Shown here: one piece after another, positions 29,607 to 38,864 of the stretch
Layout of the letters: every line of letters begins with the position of its first letter
How positions within the stretch are numbered: the stretch's first letter is position 1
Virus record (IMG/VR): IMGVR_UViG_3300025502_001355
Reading direction: 5' to 3' (one strand)
DNA length: 64,000 bases
DNA from: an uncultured virus (IMG/VR IMGVR_UViG_3300025502_001355)
Taxonomy: Duplodnaviria; Heunggongvirae; Uroviricota; Caudoviricetes
Translations under genes and position numbers: made by a program
Notes under the pieces: generated by a model
Seen by the model: only the letters and a program-made list of their open reading frames with translations
What the model was told of the DNA's origin: nothing
Database searches by the model: none

Positions 29607-30614
29607 ATGAAATTATTACTCGCTGTGTTAGTATTAGCATTTAGTTCATCAATCCATGCAAGAGATTACGTTAGTATTGCTGGATCTTCAACCGTATTTC
29701 CGTTCGCAACAATTGTGGCAGAACAACTAGGAAAAAATCCAAACTTAAAAACCCCAGTAGTAGAATCGGGTGGCTCTAGCGTTGGTAAGAAAGGCGTGTG
29801 TGATGGGATTGGCACACAGTTTATTGATATTGGCAATGCAAGCTCAAGAATGAAGGTGAAAGAACTTGCCTATTGCGATAAAAATAAAGTTACTGTTACT
29901 GAAATTAAAGTTGGGTATGATGGTATAGTATTAGCAAACTCAAAAGATGTACCACAACTTAAAATTTCATTAAGCGATCTTGGCAAGGCACTAACTGCCA
30001 AGGTTCCAGTAAATGGCAAGATGGTGGAGAATCCTTATAAGACATGGCAGGATGTTAATTCAGAACTTCCTGACATAGAAATACGTGTGTATGGCCCACC
30101 AACAACATCAGGCACAAGAGCAAGTTTTGCTGAGATTGTTAATGAAAAAGCATACTGTAAAAAAGACCCTGAAGTAAAAGCAATTGGGTATAAAGCAAAG
30201 AACTGTCGTGCAATGCGCACTGACGGAGCTTACATAGAGGCGGGCGAACAGGACAACCTGATTGTCCAAAAGCTGAATGAGGATTTAACTGCATTTGGTA
30301 TATTTGGGTTTTCGTATTTGGATCAGAACAGTGACACGGTACAGGGTGCAGAACTATCTGGTGTTATACCAACCTTTGATGCTATTGCTGAAGGCAAGTA
30401 TAAAGCATCACGTGCTCTTTACTTCTATGTCAAGCATGCACATGTTAATGTTGTTCCGGGTATTGTGGAATACATGACTGAGTGGACAAAGCACTGGAGT
30501 GATGATGGTATCCTTGCTGATTCTGGTATGATCCCAATGAGTAAAGCAGAACGTAAAGAAATGATGGATAGAATGAACAGTCTGCCAGTATTACAAGCAA
30601 GCGATTTAGAATAA
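29607..30614 (+). CDS. pstS: Phosphate ABC transporter periplasmic binding protein
   Basis: Signal peptide; AGSSTVFP, ESGGSSVG, NASSR, GYDGI, TSGTR, SRALYFY. Confidence 0.92.
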   Translation: MKLLLAVLVLAFSSSIHARDYVSIAGSSTVFPFATIVAEQLGKNPNLKTPVVESGGSSVGKKGVCDGIGTQFIDIGNASSRMKVKELAYCDKNKVTVTEIKVGYDGIVLANSKDVPQLKISLSDLGKALTAKVPVNGKMVENPYKTWQDVNSELPDIEIRVYGPPTTSGTRASFAEIVNEKAYCKKDPEVKAIGYKAKNCRAMRTDGAYIEAGEQDNLIVQKLNEDLTAFGIFGFSYLDQNSDTVQGAELSGVIPTFDAIAEGKYKASRALYFYVKHAHVNVVPGIVEYMTEWTKHWSDDGILADSGMIPMSKAERKEMMDRMNSLPVLQASDLE

Positions 30615-30629
30615 AGATATTAAAACGGA

Positions 30630-30647
30630 CTGTAACATTTTTGTCCA
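30630..30647 (+). promoter_or_regulatory. Second Pho-box-like pair upstream of the porin-like gene
   Basis: CTGTAAC-ATTT-TTGTCCA, 11-bp period; further TTGTAGA/CCGTAAC pair at 30708/30719. Confidence 0.45.
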
Positions 30648-30766
30648 AAAATAGTTAAGTGTGTTGTTTATTGGCAACACCCACCTATAAGTAATTGCTA
30701 GAGTTATTTGTAGAAATACCGTAACTGTAACATTTATACAACAAAATTTAAATTGGAGATATACAA

Positions 30767-31378
30767 ATGAAAAAAATCGTAGCAATAGTATCAGCAGTTG
30801 CACTTGCAACAATTATTGGATGTGGTAAAGAAGCAGAAGCCGCAGATGATAACTGGAATACATCTGAACACAACTACAACCTCAACAGTGGTAACTGGGG
30901 TGTAGAAGTTAGAACCATGGGCAACGATGATTACGATCACGTTGAAGGAAAGTACAAGTTATCTGACAGCTTAGAGCTTGCACTTCGTTATGCTGAAGAT
31001 GGTGTAGTCACAGAGATTCGTCCAAAGTTAACACACAAGATTCTTAAAGCAGGTCCATTGAGTCTTGCACACCGAATTGAGTATCGTTATTTTGAAGGCA
31101 CAAAAGACGACAGCGCAAGATACCGTGGTATTATCGGACTTAAGGCAGGTAGCGCATGGGTTAAACTGCAACCACGTTGGACATTTGGTGCTGGCAAGAC
31201 TGGTGACGCAAAAATTGATGATGTTAAATGGCAAGCTGGTTACGACTGGACATTAGATTCAGACGAAAACAGTTCAGTTAAACTTACACCATATGTTGAG
31301 TACTTAACAGCAGGTGAAGATGGTGACTGGGCTAAAACACACATGATTCTTGGCACTAGGTTAGCAGTTAAATTCTAA
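30767..31378 (+). CDS. Outer-membrane beta-barrel (porin-like) protein
   Basis: Signal peptide, alternating amphipathic strands (HRIEYRYF, LTPYVEY), C-terminal Phe (LGTRLAVKF). Confidence 0.7.
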   Translation: MKKIVAIVSAVALATIIGCGKEAEAADDNWNTSEHNYNLNSGNWGVEVRTMGNDDYDHVEGKYKLSDSLELALRYAEDGVVTEIRPKLTHKILKAGPLSLAHRIEYRYFEGTKDDSARYRGIIGLKAGSAWVKLQPRWTFGAGKTGDAKIDDVKWQAGYDWTLDSDENSSVKLTPYVEYLTAGEDGDWAKTHMILGTRLAVKF

Positions 31379-31407
31379 TTGACATTTAACAGTTAATTAA
31401 GTATAAT
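31379..31407 (+). promoter_or_regulatory. Consensus sigma70 promoter
   Basis: TTGACA-17-TATAAT. Confidence 0.75.
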
Positions 31408-31442
31408 AAAGGGGTGGTAATTGTTACTACCCCTTTTATTTT
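31408..31442 (+). terminator. Intrinsic terminator after the porin-like gene
   Basis: AAAGGGGTGGTAA-TTG-TTACTACCCCTTT plus T-rich tail. Confidence 0.7.
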
Positions 31443-31451
31443 GGAGTTTTT

Positions 31452-32183
31452 ATGCACTTTCATTTACACGGATACGGATACGTTGGTAGAGCTGTAGTAA
31501 ACAAGTTTGCTGAACGAGATAGTTTTACTATTTTTGATCCACTACACCCTGAACTAGAAACCTGCACAGACAAAGATCCAGATGGTGTTATTGTGTGCGT
31601 ACCTACACCAGAAAACGTAGAAGGCAGTTGCGATTTCTCAATAGTCAGCAGTGTAGTCAAACAGTACGACAGACAAATACCCATACTGGTCAAAAGCACA
31701 ATAGATCAAACTGGTCTGGATCAGCTGGTAGACTGGAACGTTACATTTAATCCAGAGTTCTTACGTGCTGAAACAGCAGATGCGGACTATGCTGGTCAAA
31801 CACACATCTATATAGGTGGCGGCAGTGTTGACTTTTGGGAGATGGTATTCTTCAGGCACTTTGCCAAGGCATACATTGTTAAAAGTGATATACCCACACT
31901 GGTACTGACCAAATACCTTAAAAATGCTTTCCTAGCAACCAAGGTTGCATTCTTTAATCAAGTGTATGATATATGCCAAAAGCAGGGTGTTAGGTTTGAA
32001 GATGTTAGAAAGTTCGTAACAGAAGATGCAAGGATTGGCGACAGCCACAGTTGGGTCACACAAGAACGTGGCTTTGGCGGAGCCTGCTTCCCTAAAGATA
32101 CCCAAGCATTAATATACGAGCATCCAGACGCAACTATAGTAGCAGAAGCTGTGCGGTACAACGAAACGTTAAAAAACACTTGA
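31452..32183 (+). CDS. ugd: UDP-glucose/GDP-mannose 6-dehydrogenase family, lacking the C-terminal domain
   Basis: GYGYVG, CVPTP, KSTI, NPEFLR, KYLKNAFLATK, GFGGACFPKD. Confidence 0.8.
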   Translation: MHFHLHGYGYVGRAVVNKFAERDSFTIFDPLHPELETCTDKDPDGVIVCVPTPENVEGSCDFSIVSSVVKQYDRQIPILVKSTIDQTGLDQLVDWNVTFNPEFLRAETADADYAGQTHIYIGGGSVDFWEMVFFRHFAKAYIVKSDIPTLVLTKYLKNAFLATKVAFFNQVYDICQKQGVRFEDVRKFVTEDARIGDSHSWVTQERGFGGACFPKDTQALIYEHPDATIVAEAVRYNETLKNT

Positions 32184-32208
32184 CAACGTGCCCTAAAGAG
32201 CCTATAAT
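32180..32208 (+). promoter_or_regulatory. Sigma70 early-type promoter
   Basis: TTGACA-17-TATAAT. Confidence 0.75.
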
Positions 32209-32239
32209 TAACATCTAATCAACTAAAAGAGGCACTAAT

Positions 32240-32398
32240 ATGTTTGAAAACATCGATGTACGCAAAGTAGCAAATGGTTATGTTGTTTCAGTTACTACAG
32301 AAGATGGTGAAACACACGAATATGTTTTTGACACACCTCGTAAAGTTATGACCTGTGTGAAGCGTTTTATTAATCCCAAGGTTTCAGCAAGCGACTAA
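32240..32398 (+). CDS. 52-aa hypothetical protein (absent from the ORF track)
   Basis: MFENIDVRKVANGYVVSVTTEDGETHEYVFDTPRKVMTCVKRFINPKVSASD; own promoter and GAGG SD. Confidence 0.7.
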   Translation: MFENIDVRKVANGYVVSVTTEDGETHEYVFDTPRKVMTCVKRFINPKVSASD

Positions 32399-32441
32399 TA
32401 CACACCGATAAATAGATTTATTCAAACAACACTGGAGTTAT

Positions 32442-33476
32442 ATGTCAAAGACAGTATTGATTACTGGCGGTGCGGGCTTTATTGCGCATCACGTAATAGA
32501 TAAGATCCTTCGAGAAACAGACTGGAATATTGTAAGTCTTGACAGACTAGATATTTCGGGTAACCTAAACCGTTTATGGGATGTACTACAGGAGCATGAT
32601 CCTAAAGAAGTAGCTCATCGCATGAGAGTTATCTTTCATGATCTCAAAGCAGAAGTCAACAGCCAAATTATACAGGACATTGGACACATAGATATTGTGC
32701 TACATCTTGCCGCGGGCAGTCATGTAGATCGCAGTATCACATACCCAATGGAATTTGTGCAAGACAATGTTGTTGGCACCGTAAACATGCTAGACTACGC
32801 AAGGAAACACTTGCCCGATCTTGAGCAGTTTGTTTACTTTAGCACAGATGAGATATACGGTATAGCACCTCCGGGTGTAGCATACAAAGAGTATGACAGG
32901 TATAACAGTACCAATCCATACAGTGCATCAAAAGCAGCCGCTGAAGAGTTTTGTGTAGCCTATGAGAATACTTACAAGATGCCAATCACTGTTACACACA
33001 CTATGAACGTGTTTGGTGAGCGACAACATCCTGAGAAGTTCATTCCAATGACCATACAGAACGTGCGTGACGGCAACAAGGTTGTAATTCATTCAGATCC
33101 TTCACGTACAGTTGCTGGCTCTAGAATGTACATTCATGCCAAGGACGTTGCTGATGGACTAATGCATATTCTTGGTCTTAAAGATTATGTACACACAGGA
33201 GACTATGGACATGCACACTGTCCTAAGTTCAACTTGGTAGGCACAGAAGAAGTTGACAACTTACAGTTGGCACAATGGATTGCTGAAGCAGTAGGTAAGC
33301 CACTCAACTACGAAATGACAGACTTCCACACAAGTCGTCCGGGACATGACATGCGTTATGCATTGGACGGTAGTTTGTTGGCATCACTGGGCTGGGAGCC
33401 AAAAATTAAACTAAGCGAACGTATAAAACAAGTGGTCCACTGGACGCTAGAAAACAACAGATGGTTGCGTAAATGA
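32442..33476 (+). CDS. rmlB: dTDP-glucose 4,6-dehydratase-like (second copy)
   Basis: TGGAGFI, AAGSHVDRS, STDEIYG, PYSASK, RPGHDMRY. Confidence 0.85.
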   Translation: MSKTVLITGGAGFIAHHVIDKILRETDWNIVSLDRLDISGNLNRLWDVLQEHDPKEVAHRMRVIFHDLKAEVNSQIIQDIGHIDIVLHLAAGSHVDRSITYPMEFVQDNVVGTVNMLDYARKHLPDLEQFVYFSTDEIYGIAPPGVAYKEYDRYNSTNPYSASKAAAEEFCVAYENTYKMPITVTHTMNVFGERQHPEKFIPMTIQNVRDGNKVVIHSDPSRTVAGSRMYIHAKDVADGLMHILGLKDYVHTGDYGHAHCPKFNLVGTEEVDNLQLAQWIAEAVGKPLNYEMTDFHTSRPGHDMRYALDGSLLASLGWEPKIKLSERIKQVVHWTLENNRWLRK

Positions 33477-34192
33477 TAAAACATTGTTTCGTAGTAACAA
33501 GTGCAGTAAATTCGAAGTTTGGTGTATATAGTCCGGCGGCTAGGCTACAGCAAACGATCACCACACTCAGCACTATTAAGAGTTGGGTCCCGGATGCAAA
33601 GATCATAGTAATGGAGTGTACCGGAACACCACTAACAGATTCCCAGAGTGACCTGTTAGAAGAACGTTCAGACTTACTGATTGATTACAGTGAGGACGCC
33701 GAAGTCCAAGCGATTTATCAAGGTACTGATAACTGGGATATTGTAAAAAACAGTACTGAGATATTGTGTTTTGGTAAAACACTCCGCCTATGTTTAGATG
33801 ACGGCGACTTTGACGGTTGTGATAGGATTCACAAAATGTCAGGTCGCTATATTCTAAATGGAAAGTTCAATGAGAGTTTGCCACTGTACGAAGAATATGC
33901 AGACAGGATTATCATTGGCGAAAAATACAAGAGTCAATTTCCGCCAGGGGTAACTGGAATTGATTTGCAGTACATGGCTAGGCTTTGGAGTTGGCCTGCT
34001 GACATTACAGAGCGTATTGTCAAGGTATACGAAGATAGTTTGAATTACATGGCACAAAGAGTAACAGATGGTGGGTATGCAGACATAGAGCATGTGTTGT
34101 ACAAGTTCTTGCCAGCTGACTTAGTCACCGAAATTCCCGTACTTGGTGTAGAAGGAAGTATAGCACCAAACGGACAACCTATACAAAACTAA
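33473..34192 (+). CDS. Hypothetical protein in glycan cluster
   Basis: Coupled ORF; R..QT..T..I and KMSGRY motifs. Confidence 0.55.
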   Translation: MIKHCFVVTSAVNSKFGVYSPAARLQQTITTLSTIKSWVPDAKIIVMECTGTPLTDSQSDLLEERSDLLIDYSEDAEVQAIYQGTDNWDIVKNSTEILCFGKTLRLCLDDGDFDGCDRIHKMSGRYILNGKFNESLPLYEEYADRIIIGEKYKSQFPPGVTGIDLQYMARLWSWPADITERIVKVYEDSLNYMAQRVTDGGYADIEHVLYKFLPADLVTEIPVLGVEGSIAPNGQPIQN

Positions 34193-34193
34193 A

Positions 34194-35405
34194 ATGCAAA
34201 ACTGCACACCACTCACAGAGTGTCTTGCATGTGGTAGTGACAACTTAGAGTTAACACTAGATCTGGGATTGCAACCACTAGCAAACAATTTTTTAAAGCA
34301 ACCTGGACAAAACGAACTGTATCCACTAGCAGTTAACAGATGCACTGATTGCTACCATCTACAGTTAACAGATGTGGTTGATCCAGAAATCATATACAAA
34401 GACTACGCATACGTAAGCGGCACTAGCCAAACCTATGTAGAATACATGCGTTGGTTTAGTGCGTGGACGCAGGAGTATGTGGGCAAAGCCCGTGGTAATG
34501 TGTTGGACATTGGTTGCAATGACGGTACACAATTAAGCATGTACAGCGCAACAGGCTACAGAACATTTGGTGTGGACCCAGCAGAAAACTTATATGCAAC
34601 CAACAGCAGTGTAGTAGACGATATGATTTGTGGTTTTTGGGATCAGCATGCAGTTGACCAGATCGGCAATAATAAATTTGATATTGTTGTAGCACAAAAT
34701 GCATTTGCACATAACCCCAATCCTGACGAATATTTAAAGTTGCTTAAGCCATTGATTAAAGACACCGGCTATGTGTTTATACAGACAAGTCAAAGTGAAA
34801 TGGTACAGAATGGCGAGTTTGACACAATCTATCACGAACATGTTAACTTTTACAACATCAACTCAATGCAAAAGTTGTGCGAACGTGCAGGTTTGTTTTT
34901 ATGCGATGTTGTAAAAACACCAGTGCATGGCAACAGTTATGTATTTGTTGTTAGTACTACCCAGTCCAGACCCCAGCACATACACAATCTTAAACAACTT
35001 GAAAAAGAACTGTATACCCCCGACATATACTCAGTGTGGGCTACTCGTGCTAAACAGATTGCTCAACAATATGATAAAGCAATTACTGATTTACAAGATC
35101 AAGGTTACACTGCCATCGGTTACGGTGCGGCTGCAAAAGGTAATACCTTTTTAAACTATGTCGAGACAACACTGGATGCAATCATTGACGACAATAAACT
35201 TAAACAAAACACATACAGTCCAGGCAAAGACATTGGTGTAGTCAGCATGACCAGTCTATTAGAAAACATCACAGATAATCACAAGGTTGTGTTTGTACCG
35301 CTTGCATGGAACTTCTTTGACGAGATCAAAGCAAGAATACTAACAAAAAGAAACAATCCGAACGACAAGTTTGTTAGATATTTTCCCGAGGTGAAAGTTG
35401 TATAA
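34194..35405 (+). CDS. NDP-sugar C-methyltransferase
   Basis: CLACGS..LDLG.QPLAN, DIGCNDG, FDTIYHEH, GYGAAAKGNT. Confidence 0.88.
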   Translation: MQNCTPLTECLACGSDNLELTLDLGLQPLANNFLKQPGQNELYPLAVNRCTDCYHLQLTDVVDPEIIYKDYAYVSGTSQTYVEYMRWFSAWTQEYVGKARGNVLDIGCNDGTQLSMYSATGYRTFGVDPAENLYATNSSVVDDMICGFWDQHAVDQIGNNKFDIVVAQNAFAHNPNPDEYLKLLKPLIKDTGYVFIQTSQSEMVQNGEFDTIYHEHVNFYNINSMQKLCERAGLFLCDVVKTPVHGNSYVFVVSTTQSRPQHIHNLKQLEKELYTPDIYSVWATRAKQIAQQYDKAITDLQDQGYTAIGYGAAAKGNTFLNYVETTLDAIIDDNKLKQNTYSPGKDIGVVSMTSLLENITDNHKVVFVPLAWNFFDEIKARILTKRNNPNDKFVRYFPEVKVV

Positions 35406-35745
35406 GTTTCCATTGATTGAACTGGTAGACAGATACACAATAGCACAGGTCAAACACAAGCGGACTGATGGCGCAAATCAAAAAGAACTAGATTTCTATA
35501 CAGCACAGTTGAAAGAATTTGACTTTGAAAAGATATCAGTCTGGTTAACTGCATTAGCAGATCTTCACAGTTCTATTTGGAACTTGGAAGATGACTTTAA
35601 AAAATGCAAGTTGGATAACGTTGACCTTGCAGAAATTGGACGCAGGGCGTTGGAGATAAGAGATTTCAACAACCTAAGAATACAAATGAAGAATCATATG
35701 GCCAAGTTGCTGGATGATCCAGTAAGGGAAATAAAAAATGGCTAA
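35398..35745 (+). CDS. Hypothetical helical protein
   Basis: ELVDRYTI...IWNLEDD...N..R..K. Confidence 0.55.
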   Translation: MYKFPLIELVDRYTIAQVKHKRTDGANQKELDFYTAQLKEFDFEKISVWLTALADLHSSIWNLEDDFKKCKLDNVDLAEIGRRALEIRDFNNLRIQMKNHMAKLLDDPVREIKNG

Positions 35746-36871
35746 TTATAAATTTGTATATAATGCTCTAGAAGTAGATATTGAACTGCCTGTTGATGAT
35801 TACCTAATGTTAGAATTTGACGTCCTGGACGTCAGCAGGATTGCTGATTTTATTTCGAGACTATCTGCTAGTATTAGTAACATACCTACATTAACAGCCG
35901 ACACATTGATAATACTCAATGCCATGGCATGGAGTGTGGATGAAAACGTCGGATGGGTAGCCCCGTTAAATTCATTGGCTGAATGCATACCCAACAAAAT
36001 TATAGTAATTAACGGAAAACTAAGTAATGTATCTCGCAATATTCCAGAACTAAAGTTTGGGTTGTACAGAATATGTCAGTTCTCGCAGTTCTCGAATCTA
36101 ATATTCGACAAGCAGTCTATAGAATCTGGGCGAGATGTTGCACAAGACATAAACTACCCTAGAGACAAAAAACTCTATTGGGCCAGCACCAAAGACATCC
36201 TGTGGAGAAGATATATGCTTGCAGGTCTGTACAAAAACAACATTATCGAAGATAGTCTTGTTAATTACAAGTGCATAGAATCAGCCATACCTCATGATAT
36301 TACACAGTACAATGACGAAGAAAACCTAGATGAATACACGAATGTAAAAACCATAGCACACAAGGTTGAAAATAGAGAGCATATCATTGACGACTGTGTT
36401 TTTATGCAACATCGTGTACCGTTACCTCCGCTAGATTCAACTGATCAGGTTGAAAAGACAGATCCCGCATTTTATCTCAGAGCTTTTGTTGGACTAACCG
36501 TTGAAACATTTTACGAGTGTCCTGGGATATTCTTTAGCGAGAAAGTTTTTAATAGTATCGCATACAAACAAATATTCTTTTATGTAGGCGGACATAACGC
36601 TGTTAAGTACTTACGAGATAAAGGATACAACACATTTGATCATGTATTCGACACCAGTTATGATGACATAGAACACCCATGGCAAAGACTGCTCGCGGCT
36701 CGCCGAAGCCTAATAGAATTTTTAAACAAACCACTAGAAGAAATTGCTGAAATCTACAATGATTGCAAACCACTTATAGAACAAAATTTTGAACTCTATA
36801 GGAACGACGACTTCGGCAAAAATCTTCATCAATCTATAGATCACTTTTTAAACAATGAAAAAACCGCTTGA
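35738..36871 (+). CDS. Hypothetical protein, paralog of 38861-40033
   Basis: VET...FFSEKVF...LR..GY.TF...D.SYD.IE motif. Confidence 0.55.
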   Translation: MANYKFVYNALEVDIELPVDDYLMLEFDVLDVSRIADFISRLSASISNIPTLTADTLIILNAMAWSVDENVGWVAPLNSLAECIPNKIIVINGKLSNVSRNIPELKFGLYRICQFSQFSNLIFDKQSIESGRDVAQDINYPRDKKLYWASTKDILWRRYMLAGLYKNNIIEDSLVNYKCIESAIPHDITQYNDEENLDEYTNVKTIAHKVENREHIIDDCVFMQHRVPLPPLDSTDQVEKTDPAFYLRAFVGLTVETFYECPGIFFSEKVFNSIAYKQIFFYVGGHNAVKYLRDKGYNTFDHVFDTSYDDIEHPWQRLLAARRSLIEFLNKPLEEIAEIYNDCKPLIEQNFELYRNDDFGKNLHQSIDHFLNNEKTA

Positions 36872-37751
36872 GTACCCTGAAACACGCATACTGGTAAGAC
36901 GCAGAGCCGCACTAGGTGATGCTATTATGGCCACCGGTGTTATACGTGAGTTGCGTAAACGTTTCCCACGCTCAACCGTTGACATGGCCACAGAGTTCTT
37001 GGATGTGTTTAACAACAATCCTCATCTAAGTCATTTATATCATACCAATGCAATGCCTGACCCCAGTACGTATGACATGTATATTGATCTAGATGATGCA
37101 TACGAATTAGCTAAAGACATGCACTACGTTGATTGTTACTTCTATCGTGCATTTGGCAATGACATAAGCAACATTGAAAACATGCAACCCGAACTGTATC
37201 CTACCCAAAAAGACCACACTGTGGTTGAGCAGTTCGTGACAGACAATGAACTAGACAAGTACATCTGCATACACATAAGACAGTGGCACTGGGCAATGAA
37301 AAACATGGCTTGGGAAACTTGGTATGCAGTATTTGAAAAGTTGTTTACTGAACGTGTAGACTTTAAAATTGTATGTGTTGGCAGTGAGCAGGATGGCACG
37401 GTTGATCACCCATTGTTTGTGGATGCAAGAGGGAAACTAAATCTACAGCAAACCAAACTGTTGATGGATGGTGCTGATTGTTTTGTAGGCATTGACAGTG
37501 GGCCATATCACATAGCGTCTGCAAGTAAAACCAAAATGGTCAGTCTGCACACACACTTGCTGCCGGAGCGTGTAGCACCCAGGGATAAAGAAGTAACCGC
37601 AATCAAAAGTGAAATTGATTGTGTTGGTTGTAATGAACTACAACCCAAACCAGTAAGACAAATCAATTGCATACACGGACCCGAAGACTTCCGTTGTAGC
37701 CGTCTGTTTGATGCAGACAAAATAGCAAAAGCAGTATTGGAATATCTATGA
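36855..37751 (+). CDS. Glycosyltransferase family 9 (heptosyltransferase-like)
   Basis: ALGDAIMAT, FVGIDSGPYHIA. Confidence 0.85.
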   Translation: MKKPLEYPETRILVRRRAALGDAIMATGVIRELRKRFPRSTVDMATEFLDVFNNNPHLSHLYHTNAMPDPSTYDMYIDLDDAYELAKDMHYVDCYFYRAFGNDISNIENMQPELYPTQKDHTVVEQFVTDNELDKYICIHIRQWHWAMKNMAWETWYAVFEKLFTERVDFKIVCVGSEQDGTVDHPLFVDARGKLNLQQTKLLMDGADCFVGIDSGPYHIASASKTKMVSLHTHLLPERVAPRDKEVTAIKSEIDCVGCNELQPKPVRQINCIHGPEDFRCSRLFDADKIAKAVLEYL

Positions 37752-38503
37752 GCAAAGTATATAAACATTCGGGAACATTCGGTGATTTGATCTACAGTTT
37801 GTTTGCTGTGGAACGCATGGGTGGAGGCACTATTGCTATTGCACTCAACAATATAGAAAACTGTGTAAGTGATTACGCATACAAACCTGAAGAAGTAGAT
37901 GAAGCACACCGAGGTCGCTTTACACAAGCAGATTTTGACATGCTGAAACCGTTGTTGTTGGCACAGCCGTACATTGATGATGTGATAGTATGGGACGGTA
38001 CTCACGATGTTGATTTAGACAAGTTCCGCGGTGTGCTGTTTAGAGGGTTCGAAGGCAACTACGTGCAGGCCATGTGTATCACACACAAGATAGAATTTAA
38101 AGTAGAGGATTACGACAAAACTTGGTTAACAGCCGCATCCAACAAGGTAGCACCTGTTGTGGTCAATCGCACCATGCGTTATAGAGATTTACAACGTGGT
38201 GATGCTATGTGGCAAAAAATGTATCACGATGGCAAGATGGGAGAAAACGCTATTTTTCTAGGCAACGAACATGAACACGAAGATTTTGTTAACGTGGTTG
38301 GACCTATACAGCACTACGAAGTAAAAGATATGCTAGAGATGGCCGCTGTAATTGAAGGTGCTGATCTATTTGTGGGCAATCAAAGTGTAGCTTACAGTTT
38401 AGCAATGGGCTTAGGCAAGACCGCAGTGTTGGAGACTATGAAAATCAAACCATTACAAAACAACGAATGCTTTTTTCCACGTAACAACATAACATACTTT
38501 TGA
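37748..38503 (+). CDS. GT9-like glycosyltransferase
   Basis: HSGTFGDLIYSL, ADLFVGNQS. Confidence 0.6.
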   Translation: MSKVYKHSGTFGDLIYSLFAVERMGGGTIAIALNNIENCVSDYAYKPEEVDEAHRGRFTQADFDMLKPLLLAQPYIDDVIVWDGTHDVDLDKFRGVLFRGFEGNYVQAMCITHKIEFKVEDYDKTWLTAASNKVAPVVVNRTMRYRDLQRGDAMWQKMYHDGKMGENAIFLGNEHEHEDFVNVVGPIQHYEVKDMLEMAAVIEGADLFVGNQSVAYSLAMGLGKTAVLETMKIKPLQNNECFFPRNNITYF

Positions 38504-38504
38504 T

Positions 38505-38864
38505 ATGGCTAGACTAGAAGGCTTTGTGCAAAAAGGTTGGGGACATGAACTCATATGGGCTACCAACGACAAGTACTGTGGTAAACTAATGAAATTTAAT
38601 CAAGGAGCAAGGTTCAGTATGCATTTCCATAGTGAAAAAGATGAGACATGGTATGTATGGGACGGTGAGTATACCGTTAAGTATATTGACACCAAAGACG
38701 CTTCAGAGAAAGAAATAAAACTAAAGCCTGGCGACACTTGGCGCAACGTGCCTTTGCTCCCACACCAAATTATCTGTGATGTTGCAGGTACCATAATAGA
38801 AGTCAGCACACCTGACTCTGTAGAGGATAATTACAGGGTTCGCCCTGGTGATAGTCAAAAATGA
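38505..38864 (+). CDS. Cupin (sugar isomerase-like)
   Basis: KGWGHE, SMHFH..KDET, EVST. Confidence 0.75.
   Translation: MARLEGFVQKGWGHELIWATNDKYCGKLMKFNQGARFSMHFHSEKDETWYVWDGEYTVKYIDTKDASEKEIKLKPGDTWRNVPLLPHQIICDVAGTIIEVSTPDSVEDNYRVRPGDSQK

Noticed and set aside
30767..30845. Lipoprotein call from the IIGC lipobox-like sequence
   Set aside because: An AEA-A signal peptidase I site and a C-terminal Phe strand favour a beta-barrel; unresolved without SignalP
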